This document shows, piece after piece, positions 37,001 through 48,811 of a stretch of DNA of 64,000 nucleotides (position 1 is its first letter; each line of letters opens with the position of its first letter). The position numbers were made by a program, and so were the translations under genes. The DNA comes from Microbotryum violaceum (taxonomy: Eukaryota). The stretch lies in the NCBI GenBank assembly GCA_001244265.2, contig CDLV01000006.1, positions 248,001-312,000 of the forward strand. The letters run 5' to 3'. A model generated the notes under the pieces. That model was given only the letters and a program-made list of their open reading frames with translations. It was not told where the DNA came from and ran no database searches.

Positions 37001-38046
37001 GACGACATCCTGTCCAAGATTTCCTTCAACACAGTTGACGTGAGTAAGCCGGCGTCTGACCCGGTGTCGGTGTGCTGTCGGTGTGCTGTCGCTAATGTTT
37101 CGCGACTTCTCTTTGCACGCTTGCACGCCTGCAGGGCTTTCAAGGGCAGGAAAAGGACATTATCATTCTTTCTTGCGTCCGTGGAGGGAATGTAGATAGT
37201 GGTGTAGGATTCTTGGCCAATACACGGTACGTTTTTAACGCGTGCGGCAGGTAGGGCAACCTGCTAATTCATGAGCCACACATGCCGCAGGCGCATGAAC
37301 GTCGCTCTGACGCGTGCCCGCTCATCACTCTTCATTCTCGGCGACTCGAACAAACTGCGGTCTAATGAGTATTGGGGCAACCTCGTTGCGGATGCTGAAG
37401 CTCGAGGCTTGATGACACAGGTCAGTACACGATTCTCTCGTACGGGTCTTGAGCGAGGATGCTGACGTTTGACGGCGTTTGTGATATATAGGTCGACCCG
37501 GCTTTCTTTCGCTCCCTGCAACCGTCGAAACCTCCGACGATCCATGCGACCGTCAAGCCTCACACCTCCGTGGCTCGTGCCATCGTTGCAGAAGGGGCAC
37601 CCAACGCCTTGGTTCGGCCATCGAAGCAAGGTAGTGGTGCGACGGGTTCCTCGTCGAAGATCCATGGCATCAAGCGCCGCGGTTCGCTACCATCGCCTAG
37701 TAACTCTCCGAAGAAAGTTAAAGCTAGTCTGGAAGAGAACAGTGCAAGGGGTACCGATGCCAAGTCGGATGAAACGAAATCTCGTCCTGTTGCGGAGGTC
37801 GTTGGCTCGCAGGTAACCACGTCGCATCCAGCGTCAGCAACGTCGGCACTACCAACGCCGACGCCATCGATCATTGCCCGACCCAAACCCAAACCCTCAA
37901 TGTTCATCACTAAAAAGGTGAGGTCTGTTATGCTCTTTCCGGATAGCATTGCTCATTCAGTCTGATGTAGGGGCTGACAATACGTCACTTGACTCGACGT
38001 TCCTCCTTACCTGCAGAAACCATCCGCTCCGGGCAAGCGGCCGTGA
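31092..38046 (+). CDS. SEN1: Senataxin/Sen1 SF1 RNA-DNA helicase, multi-exon
   Basis: N-terminal VHWYC / Sen1_N region; LIQGPPGTGKT, LLCAPSNAAVDE, VIIDEAAQ, QYRMHP, GIVTPYKGQ, TVDGFQGQEKD, RRMNVALTRAR. Confidence 0.95.
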
Positions 38047-38846
38047 GCGCTCAACGGTGCGAATATTGCCCTGAATTGTAGGAAGCTCATTGGTCTTGTC
38101 ATGTACTCAGTCTACATGGAAAGAATACACGTAGGTCTGTGTGGTTGCAATCATCAGCTCCGCAACCATAGCCCTGGTCCGAGGCGTTACCGAGTTTGAG
38201 ATCGTGCGCGCGGTGAGATGGCGACTCGGACACCTTGGGATGGTCCGAAGCGACCGCCGAAGCAGTCGACAGCGCTATTTCACGGATTCGAGAACCTGCC
38301 GTTGAGGGTGCAAATAGGCCAATTTTTCAACTTACCCAACATCGAACTTAGATGCCTTTCTTCCAAGGCACAGATCACTGTGACTAGATAAGGGCCAGGT
38401 ACCCAATGCTCTAGTTGGCGCGAGGGTTGATCTCCGATCAGGCTGCCGGAAGAACTGAGGACCTGTTCGGTTCGCATTTATCAATACTACCACGATGAGC
38501 AGGTACTGTTCCACTGCAACTTGAGATTAAATGTAAAGAGCATCCAGGAGGAAGAGTATTGCCTAGCTACACAGGTTGGAGTTCGCGTGCGTTAAACCTG
38601 ATGTCATGATCTTTAACGCCGAAATCGCGAGCGGCTGACGCGCCCTGGTAAGTCCGATGGCTCGCTTCGCTCAGAAGGATGGCTTGTTTTAGCATTGGCC
38701 TGCGTGAAACTCTCCTCGCTCTTCCCCATCGGTTCTTTGGTATCGAGTCTCTATGTGCCGTGGATGCTCGCCCTACACCGCTAATCGACTCTCAAGAGTT
38801 TTTCTTTCTCTTCTCTGTTCTATCAACACAATTCAAGAATTTGTAC

Positions 38847-39091
38847 AGGACCCGGGAAAGCTCAGCCCAATCATGTGCGTCTCGGAGATTTGTACTTTAC
38901 GGGCCCCATTATGCCTTGTGATATGCTACATGACGTGATTTTTCACGGTAGAGTAACTTTTTCAACACAACCCGATAGTCTGGTCTTACACCGGAATACG
39001 TACACCCCTTATATAGGGATATTCGGTGTACAAATCGGCCTAAAAACGGGGTTTTTCGAGACGCACCTTCGGCTGAGCTTTCCCGGGTCCT
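38847..39091. mobile_element. MITE of the same TIR family, copy C (245 bp)
   Basis: Perfect 21-bp TIR AGGACCCGGGAAAGCTCAGCC, extended by TGCGTCTCG; 8-bp TSD ATTTGTAC at 38839-38846 and 39092-39099. Confidence 0.93.
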
Positions 39092-40067
39092 ATTTGTACA
39101 GATTTGTACCGTCTGTCCTTGCCGTCTACGACAGAGACAACGACCAGCCTCGGCTTTCGCTTTAGCCGCGCTCGAGTGGTTCGCAGCCGAGGCGCCGAGA
39201 CTGCACGCCGTCACGTGGGTTCATACGTTTGCATCGCTGTACATCAATGAAATCACGTGTGCATTGAGTGTTGATCAAGGGTTTGCGCCAGTATGGACTG
39301 GAACCAACGAAGGCCTCGAAGGCCGCCGCTTGCTCGCCCGGAGCCTCACGTGTCCTGGAATCGATTCACCAGTGGGCCCTTGCACGTTCCTGGCAAGTCT
39401 CCAGCTGTTCAATGTCGTGCAGAGACATGCTAATGAGACAAGAATGAACGACATGCGCATGCGTGCACCCATATGCACACGTATGCAGGCGCGACAGAGG
39501 CTGTACTCGAGAGTCCGCTGCCAGCGACGGCGACTCGATCTACGATCCGCACAAGAGTGGGGGTGGGGCTACAAGAGCCCGAAAAGTCAGTGAAGCGTTG
39601 GCGTGCTTGCTGAATGAAGCAGCGGGGTATGGTGGGTAGTGTTGCCGATGTTGGGTATTGATCAATAATCTCTTGGTCGATGACTCGACAATCACGCCAC
39701 GCCGTGACTCGTCTCGCCACGGTACCAGTGTTCTGACTTTCGGGACACTGGGAATGAGAATGAGAATCTGAATTCCAGCTAGTCTACAAAGAGACGACCC
39801 TTATCGGGCGCTGGACTATATTAACTGGGCTATCGCCTCTGACCTGACCTACGACTTCCAACCGCTCCCCTTACCTTGTTACGTCCCCAAAACGGCCATT
39901 ACTGGTCCTGAAAGCGATTTTGGCGCGAGCGAAAACTGGGGCGCGCCTATAAGACGTCTCGCCCAGGCAAGCCCAGGCGGTTACAGGCGGGCTGAGCAGT
40001 GCAGAGCAGAGCTGAAGCGCTGAAGCTTGTTGAGGCCCGCTGAGCCAGGCTGAGCCGAGGCCTAGGC

Positions 40068-41815
40068 CGGACCTGGGAAAGCTCAGCCCAATTTGCGTCC
40101 CCGAAAATGTACAAATCGGACCCTCCGAACCCCAAACTGCGACTCAAAAGTGGTACAAATCGGAAAAATTGGCACCCCAGATCTTGGATGTACGTCCTGG
40201 ATATGGTACAAATCGATGTACCCCGAACTCGCACCTCCCTGGTCGTGCCCTGCTTGGCCGATGGCCGACCACGTATCAGCGGCGGCGGTCTGGGATCAGT
40301 ACTGATCAGTAGGCGCGCGCCGCGGGCCAACTGGCGGTCCATTAGTTTGAATGAGTTTCTGAACGAAATTGGACGCGCGAGCCGATTGTAATGCAAAAAA
40401 ATGCGCTTCACGCTCACAGAGCTCACAGACGCTCACCAGATCAAGGGCGCTGGAAGTGAAACAAATGCCAATAGACGCCCCTGACAGCCTCTGACCCTCA
40501 CCTTGTGCCACGTCGTGACGTCGTGAGCATCCTACCCCGCGTGCCCTTGCTGAGGGTTAAGAGGACAGCATGTCATCTACAGCAGCCCCTCCAGATGCAC
40601 GAATTCAACTGCTCTTAGACGACGTGCTCGAGATTCCAGATGAGCAATTCGCCGCTATGTCTCCTGTTGCCGAGCTCATTGTCGACGAGCTTCTCTCGTT
40701 CGAATTTACCCGGCCTGACCTGACCGCAACGCTCACCGTATCCGAATCCGAGCCAACATTCCATCAGCATCAGATTCGCCCCAAGAGCACCACCCGCGCA
40801 TTATTCAATAAAATTCACGATCTTCGAGAATTGTACGCCTCCGGCTATCGATCCATCGAGGTTCAATCTCCTTGCATGTCGATAGTGGAACACATGCCAA
40901 TTGGTTCCGAAGCATTCTGGCAACATCTGGACTCTGTCGAGCAGCTGAAGTCAACCATCTCGGATAACGTTGATTGGCTGAGCAATGTTGAGGTCAATGA
41001 CAAACGCGACGCCGCGTACTTCAAGCTGGCAAGCACCTTGCTTGTTGCATTTCAAACACCCTCACTGCAACTGAGAAAACTTGCTCATCACGTCGGCCTC
41101 TGTATGCACCACAGTGCGCTATATTTACACAAAGCCGTCACCAGCAATGCCTCACTGCAGTGTTGAGAGCACCGAATCCCTCGGACTCGTCTCCAACATC
41201 GTGATTCAGGAGCTCTTTCCTACGCAAGCCAGTTCCGGAGTCTGCACCAATCGCAGCAGCCGCGCCCAAGCTCGAATCTTCTTCTTGAATGGTCACCGGG
41301 TCGTCAGCTGCCTTGACACCTACAACTCGAGCGTGCAGACCGTTGAGCCCCCAGCTGGTTTTGGCTTCGACGGCCACACTCGGCGAGTCCTAGACCCACA
41401 GGCGCAAGCGCGATATTACCAGCTGCAAAGCTTCAAAGGGGTCCTTGCAGCGTCGTTGGCCCCGATTCGGAAGGGACTTGCACATGCTGGCGAGGAGAGG
41501 GGTATTAATGCAGACGGAGGGAGCCGAGCCGATAAGCGGTCGGGACCTTCGCAGGGTCCAAGCGGCCGGCTGTCAAAGCGGACGCGACGTTAGTACCGGG
41601 TCGCGTCGTCGGAACGATTTTTCGTATTTCTGGCTGTTGGAGAGCGATTTTTGGGCAATTTCACGACGTTGAATTTTTCATGTTTTCGGAACTCTTCCCA
41701 TGTACGACCGAAAATACGTACAAATCAACCCCTCAGACACCTCATCCCGATGTACAAATCGGCCAAAAATCGCCGTTTTTCGAGACGCACATTGGGCTGA
41801 GCTTTCCCGGGTCCT
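40068..41815 (+). mobile_element. Non-autonomous TIR DNA transposon, copy D (1748 bp), probable internal-deletion derivative
   Basis: TIR (C/A)GGACC(T/C)GGGAAAGCTCAGCCCAAT; 8-bp TSD GCCTAGGC at 40060-40067 and 41816-41823; GTACAAATC subterminal repeats at 40109, 40153, 40206, 41718, 41752; ORFs 40570-41166 and 41081-41593. Confidence 0.92.
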
Positions 41816-42089
41816 GCCTAGGCGCCACGCCCCTCTGCAGCCCTGTCCGCCCGAGCTCTGTGGCCGACCCTCGACAAGCTCTCTCAACAAAGCCGCCGTT
41901 TGGCCTCCCGCTGCAGCACTTATCTACCTCGCCTATCCTACTTTGTACTCGTTTCGAGCTTGAACATCCCCCTCCCACACACCTTGATCTGCACCTAGGA
42001 CCCCTGTCCTCGCACTACACATACATTCACCACTCATCCGCCCCTACGTACCCCCCCCCCCCGACCCGCACTCCCCCCGCCTTGTGGCC

Positions 42090-43180
42090 ATGTCGCACTC
42101 CACAACACCACCTACATCGCTCGCAACGGCTGCCACGACCGAGTCCAGTTCACACACGAGCCCGACCAGCCCCAGCACGAGCACGGCCACGCTGAGCGCA
42201 TCGACGACGACCACGACGGCGGCCGCTCAGCAGGACGACGATGACGCCGCTGTAGGCATCGCACCGGCCACAACAGGGCCGGTCGTCGATATGGAGGTGT
42301 TCAGGCAGTTGTTGGAGATCGTGAGTATCGGTGTATCTGGTGTGGCCCCAGTGCTGTGACGGATTCGAGAGGGCTGGTAGATGGGGAGAGCACCCAGGAG
42401 GCAGGCAAAAAATGACGTAACGCGCGGCGTACAACTAGGGCGACAACTAGGGCGACAACTAGGGCGACAACTAGGGCGATGAGCGACGGTAGTTACAACC
42501 TATCTCGATGCTGTCAAGTCGAATGCTGGCTACAAGTGAAGCCATCGTGTACGGCGTGCTATCACCGACGCGGGTGCCGCGCATCCATCACCGGCGCAAG
42601 AGGCCTCCTCTTGTACACCGCGGTTGCTCAGCCGAATGAAGTGCTGACATGGTTGCTTCCATCACTCGGGCCTTTGTTTGGTTCTACATCGGTCAAACTC
42701 ACTATCGCACGTTCTACTCTGGGCAAATCGTAGGACGACGACGAGGAACATGACTTTAGCAAAACGCTCGCGATAGACTACATTGGACAGGCCGAGACTA
42801 CCTTTACCGAAATTGAGGAAGCACTGTACGTTCAAACTGCCCGTTTCTAGTTGATTTACCTGTTGCTGGGTCGACGCTCTACTCCCGACACTTCGGTGCT
42901 GATTTTGTCGTGCTTCGCCCCACGCAGGGACGCCAAGGACCTCGACGCATTGTCGCGCAAAGGGCATTTCCTCAAAGGCTCGTCCGCCGCATTGGGACTG
43001 CACCATGTCCAACACTCGTGCGAGTTGATGCAGCACTACGGCAAGTGCAAGGACGGCTCGGGCGAAGGCGCGGACCTGACCGAAGAGGTCGCCCTGCGGA
43101 AGTGCCGCGCCCTGTTGAAGCGGCTGCGCATCGAACAGGACGAGGCCAAGGCATGGCTGGAGAACTTTTACAAGGTATAG
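42090..43180 (+). CDS. YPD1: Histidine phosphotransfer (HPt) protein, 3 exons
   Basis: VVDMEVFRQLLEI|DDDEEHDFSK...LSRKGHFLKGSSAALG; introns 42321-42732 and 42827-42927. Confidence 0.93.
42431..42478. repeat. 12-bp tandem repeat ACAACTAGGGCG x4 in YPD1 intron 1
   Basis: Four perfect copies. Confidence 0.95.
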
Positions 43181-44027
43181 AATGGGAGACGACGATCGAG
43201 CCGGGATTGAGTGGGCCACGACGAGGCCATGAACGAGTATCAATACTCGCCTCCCAAAACTCGGATCCCCTAGCGAATGCCTCTTTTTCATTTGCACCCC
43301 TGATCGACAGAGATCGAACACTGTCCTCTTTCTTCAACGGCCCTTCGTCTCTCCTCCGTGTGTTTCCAACTAGCATTCACTTTTTTTTCCTCCGTTTGTA
43401 CATGCCCTCGTCTCGCCTTGCTTCGCTTCTCCTACGTCTTGCGTCCCACGTCCCTCCTCTCTTCTTTGACCAACTGCTCGTCTTTTTCCGTGAATTAGGT
43501 ATGCCTATATTCCCAATCATTTGGCTCATAGACAAAGACCCGTGTGAGACTAGCGCGGCACGCTGGTCAGCTTGGCGATCTCTCGAGGCACCGGTGCGGA
43601 CATCAGGTGTCTTGGCCTATATCTCGAGTGCGAGGATCCCATAGATTTAGGAGCCTCAAGGTGCACTGCTGTGGAGGTTCCGAGCGAGGCCGTGTGCGAA
43701 CCGTTCCTCGGAAAACGTATCACGTGACTTCGGACTCCGTCTCGGGAGCCCCGGCTCGACACGATACGACGGGCTCCTCGTGCCTACTACCTCCTGCTAC
43801 ATGCGATTATTTCCTGCATCCTGCCTCGACCTCTGGGGTAACCTACAGTACCACCATCTGCCCACGTCACTTTGTTGCGCAACTCTTGTGCGCACCTGCC
43901 GACCGAGGCATAGTGGCCGGGGCAGCCTCCGGTGACAAAGGTACGCCACATCCTGGTCTTTCGCTTGTTCCTCTTGAGCCTCAACAATATTAATATGTTT
44001 TCTGTCTCTTTATCGGCTCATTCGGCT

Positions 44028-46083
44028 ATGGATCCCACTAGAGAACCCTCGATGAAACCGATGGAGATAGGGGAGCCTCCGACCCATCACAATGTCGTCG
44101 CTTCCCACCGACATCGAGCAACTCGCATCTTCGTCCCTGGCGGATTAGTCATCGTGCTCGTATTGATCTTTGTCATCTCCAAATCGGATCAATCGCTCCA
44201 TGAAACCGCCGCAACATGGCGGGACCACCTCGTCAAAGGCTGGAACTCCGAAGCTCAAAGTTCGACCGTCGTCTGGGCCGGATCCGACATCGGTCTTTCG
44301 CAGAATATGCTCACAAAGCCAAACGATAATTTGCGAGCGACGTTTATCCATTCGGTCGTGAGGAGTAATGCGGCTACGTATCGGAACGGTGGGCTCGACT
44401 ATGATCTCTACGTCTCTCTCGCGATGCATGTCGAGGGTGAGTGCTTGCCTAAGCAAAACCTGTCCCGTTCTCGATCCATCGAATCCTTCTTCCCACGGAA
44501 AGCATTTGCCCGAAATACTTACTCGTGTAACGTTAAGTCTTTGATACTAGCTATACCATATCATCACGACCAATGGCAAATCGTATCGACGGACCTGTCG
44601 TACCTCACCACCGCAATTGTCTGCACTCACGAATTCGCAGGCCAACTTTTCACCGTCGAGGGTTGGCAACGCTTCCTCACCTGGTCCTTCGTGGTCAACT
44701 GCCCGATCCCGCCACAGCTAGCAGAAGCGATGGCGCATAATACGGGATTGGTGCTGCAGACGAAGACCACCTGGACATACAAGGAAGATAGAGGCAGATT
44801 TAGTCATGCCCTTTCGCTCAAGGCGCATCATCCGGAACGGGAGAGCGAGGTGCTTTTGCTGTACTGCTCACGAATGTTATCGCCTCCGACCAAGGGGAAG
44901 TTCGACTAAATTTTTCTCTTTCTTTGTCCAGTTCGGCATCTGCCTCTCGCCCATCTGGGGCCACCTCAACGCTCGCGCAACCTTAGAGTGGCGGGAAAAC
45001 GTACGCCGTCTAGGCGTCGATACCGTGCACTGGCATGCGCGCGATGCGAGTGTGGCCGAATGGGTGCGATGCTACAACGCGGTCACAGGCGCCAAGGATA
45101 CGTTCATGTATGCGCCACCGACGAGTCTAGAGACCTACGGCCATCGAGAGAATCTTGCAGATAATGGGTTGTATGGCGATCAGGTGCGTCAAATCATTCT
45201 CGATCCGGGTTTCGCGGGATATTCGTCGATTGCTGATGCACTTAAACCAAATTATAGATCATCTACTACACCTCGTGCAGGTTCCGGTCACACCAACTCT
45301 ATCCAACACGTTGGCTCGGCTACCTCGATCGAGACGAATATTTCTTGCCCCGAACCTTACCTTCAACAGTCTCCTCGGCAACCGCCGAACGTATCCCCCC
45401 CGACCCGACAATACTCCGCACCTTCTTACCGGACTACTTTTCCAACGTCTCGGCCGAACTTGGATCGGTGTGCTTCGCGAGGTCCTACCACGCCGGTAAA
45501 GTCGATTTCGATTTCTCGGACGTGGTGCCTCCCCAGGTGGCGTCGACCCCCTTCCCGCAGCTCGGTTACCTCAAGACGTGGTGGCCGCCTGCACTGAGTC
45601 ATAAATGCATGCATCGCGTGAACGGGAATGAGATGGCGAGCGTTCAGTGAGTGAGTCACTTCACCTCGATACCGTCCAGAATAAGCTGACTGAATGACTT
45701 TCCCGTCGTACCAGTTACGGTGAAGCTTGGTACCCCGGCTTCTCCCAAATCATCTACGACAACGTCACCTCCCGTGAACTCCCTTTCTATCTCTGGCACC
45801 GGCCCTCCGATGATGCAGGACCAGGTGTGGAACCTCCTTACCTTCCGAATGAGTTGAAGCAGTATATCGCTGATTTGTGGATACAGCGCGAGCGGACCTG
45901 GGATCGAATGCGGTGGAAGTGCGATAGTTTGCCTTGTCGCTTTTTAGCACTTGCAGAAGACCCCACTCGCAGAGGTGGAATGTGGAGGGTGTAGAACACA
46001 CTATGGTTGCGTGCGGGTCGAAAAGTGGGATCGTCATCCGACATGTTTCGTACGCTATCAACGAGGAGGATTTGGCTCTGTAG
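44028..46083 (+). CDS. GT92/DUF23-like glycosyltransferase, type II membrane, multi-exon (3' end approximate)
   Basis: TM GLVIVLVLIFVI; FGICLSPIWG..EWRENVRRLGVD; DQ|IIYYTSCRFR..RWLGYLDRDEYF (DxD); HKCMH...SVH. Confidence 0.7.
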
Positions 46084-46173
46084 GAATTGGGGAGGCAGCT
46101 TTTCACCAGTGCACACCAGAAAGCCCTATATGCATAGTTGCATCGCACGCCTGTATCATGTTTAATGTTACAT

Positions 46174-48811
46174 CTACCCAAGAGACCTGTTAGCAGTAAG
46201 CCGCAATGAAGGAGAGCTCAAGTCAGTACAGCCGCCTTCTACTCCGACGCGAAAGGAAAACCCCGGACTAACCAGCTCGTCGCAAGTGTAGCTAATGTGC
46301 TTAAACTGTAGAAAATAAGTAAGCCACAAAATAAGCTTCGATTCCTTCTGCTCCGGGGGAGCGACTTCCGACATCAAACCTCAAACACCCACGAATCAAG
46401 ATTGGCGCAGTCCTGTTCCCCCGGCCCGGTGAGCGCGAACTCGACAGGGAAATTTTTGTCCGAATCATGCGCAACCAACGAGATCGTCTGGTTGTCGAGG
46501 CCCTTCATGAACACGGCTGTGGATGGAATCAAGACGGAATGGTTGTGAGTCCCTCTTTCCGCAAGAAATGATCAGTGGGACGTACGAAGTTTCCCAAAAC
46601 CACTGGCGAACGACAAGATCTGGAAGTCGGTTTCTGATGGGAAGCGGGGCACGTCATCAGTACGCCGCCAGATCCCCTACGATGCGCTGGGTTTTACTTA
46701 CTTCCAATAATCCAGTTCTCGGTCAACGCATCCGTCGTACCGTCAAGCAATCTCCTTCTCTCGTGTTCCGGCACGTCATACATGCTGCCCTGTCCCTTCG
46801 CGGCTGATTCCGTCTTTTGATGAATCTCGGGATGCGAGCGACTCAACCCCGTAATGACGACGCGGTCCGAGAAATGACGCAACGCATCTTCCTCCAATGT
46901 GTGCGAATCGGTAACGAGGTAGTAGATGACTTTTTGGTCTTTTCGAGCGTAGCGTTTGGCAATCGTAGCGGCGCACTTGAAGAAGTTGCTGTGGCGCTGG
47001 ACAGTGTTTAGGCTATCTCGTTGGGGATCGGTCTGATGGATCAAGATTGAGGTGGGGGGTTCATCAACGAAAAGAAGAGGCGAAGCACGGACGGTCTGAA
47101 GAACTGAACTCACCATCGCATCATCGCCCGTCCGGATCTGGATCGCGATCGAATACACGGTCGGCAAGCTGAAAAAGGAGCTGTACTCGGCGATGAAGCG
47201 CAACGGGTTGGGTTTGGGCCGGAAGAGGAAATCGGACATGCAGGCGTATGCAGTTGTAGAATCGAATCCTCGCTCTCGCATCGCCTGCGCGACGTTGGGG
47301 TAGTTGAACGACCGAAGTGTGACTCCGCGGTTCGTCATGAGCTATGTACGAGACACAGATGAGCAAAGCCGAGGGTCAGAAGCGTTAGACCTGATGTTGT
47401 AGATGTTTCACCGACCTGAAGCCAACTGGGCTCGTTCCTCTTCTCCTCAAAAACATCTTGGGAAAAGAACCGGTCTAAATCCGCTCGTGGAGGGGTGATG
47501 GAGCTGATGAATTGCTTTTCCCCCTTCAAGGCGAGTTTAGGGTGGATCGAGCGATGCGAATTGGGCATCTCGGGTTGGGCCCAGTCGATGATGACCGAGT
47601 CGAAGAAGAGCTCGAAGGGGAGGTCTTCCCACGTGATGAGCAGCGCACGATCCGTGAGCACAGCATACAGAAGCGACGAAAAAATGCCGAGCAGCCTGCA
47701 GCGTGCCAACGTCACGGATCAGCATGTTCTGACCCATCTTTCGCCCTCTTCAACAATCTACCCGTCTTCGCCTCACCTGTCCGAACTGCCTCCGCACTGA
47801 ACACCTTTTCGACACATCACCTCGAGGACTTTGGGTGACCGCTTGCCATTTATTATGTCGTGGTGCAACTTTGCATAGTCCTCCATCCAAGGCGCATTCT
47901 CGCAGTGCGATGGCTGCCGCCCGGTCTCCCATTCCTCCTGAAGCGCCGCCCACCTGGATCACGAACCAAACTTTTAAAGAATCAGAACGGTCACACGCCT
48001 GCGACACTGTGAATAGGAACGGACTTTACTCTAGAGCCTCGTCTATACGGGCCCGGTCCTGCCCCGACTTGCACGGTCGCGGGCCCTGCCCGAATCGGCG
48101 ACGGAGCTGGACTCTGGGCTACTCCGATCGGGGTTCCCACCTGCGAGACGGGCCTCGTGATGAGTAGCCATTCCCGTATAGATGCTTCAGCCTGTCCGAG
48201 TTGGGAGGTTTGTTTATTTTGGTCAGTCGACTTGGTGTTACTTGCGGCGAGATGGATGGTTTCTCCCGCTCGCGCGTTCGTTCGCGAGCTCGGTCAGGTC
48301 AATCAACAATCGGAGGCCGGGGAATCTGCCTGACCTTTGTGAGCGCATCAATCATCCTCGTCAACGAATCGTGGGGTCGCTTCTTTTGCCAATCATAATT
48401 CCTGAGCACGGGGTCTTCTGCGGACCAATCGAGGCCGCTGGCTTGGTCGTAGCCTGCGCCATCACTGAGCCCGGAGGCGAGATAGCCACGGTGCCGTGCT
48501 GTGCTGAGGGCGACGAGGAGCATCAGGAAGAGCACGACGAGCACGATGGCGAGCGCGACGTGAGGTCTGAGCCTGCCAAGAGTCGCAGGGTGCGGCAACC
48601 ATCTATCCGGTATGATGCTCCTGCGCGAGTCCCACAAGGGCCGCTTAGACCCCGAGCTCGAAGGCGAGGGAGAGGGGTGCTCGAACCGGTCGTCGTAGGG
48701 GTCGTGGCCCAAGTCCCTTTCAAGTTTGTCGAGCCCTAGCGTTTCGGTCGATCCGCTGCGGTAGCCCGAGCTCAGCAGCGGCACGTTGATGGTGTGTTGT
48801 TGCTTCTGCAT
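46174..48811 (-). CDS. Fucosyltransferase-fold (GT37/GT23-like) type II membrane protein, multi-exon
   Basis: TM ALAIVLVVLFLMLLVAL; YAKLHHDIINGKR..CGGSSDR|LLGIFSSLLYAVLTDRALL; SIAIQIRTGD; YYLVTDS; last exon W|SLG* ends at 46174. Confidence 0.75.

Noticed and set aside
31832-37949. Many antisense and overlapping ORFs within SEN1 (also within the Copia pol and VNX1)
   Set aside because: Shadow frames expected from GC-rich codon usage.
42431-42478. CRISPR-like or telomeric array
   Set aside because: No spacers, eukaryotic intronic context, and the unit is not TTAGGG; an ordinary minisatellite.
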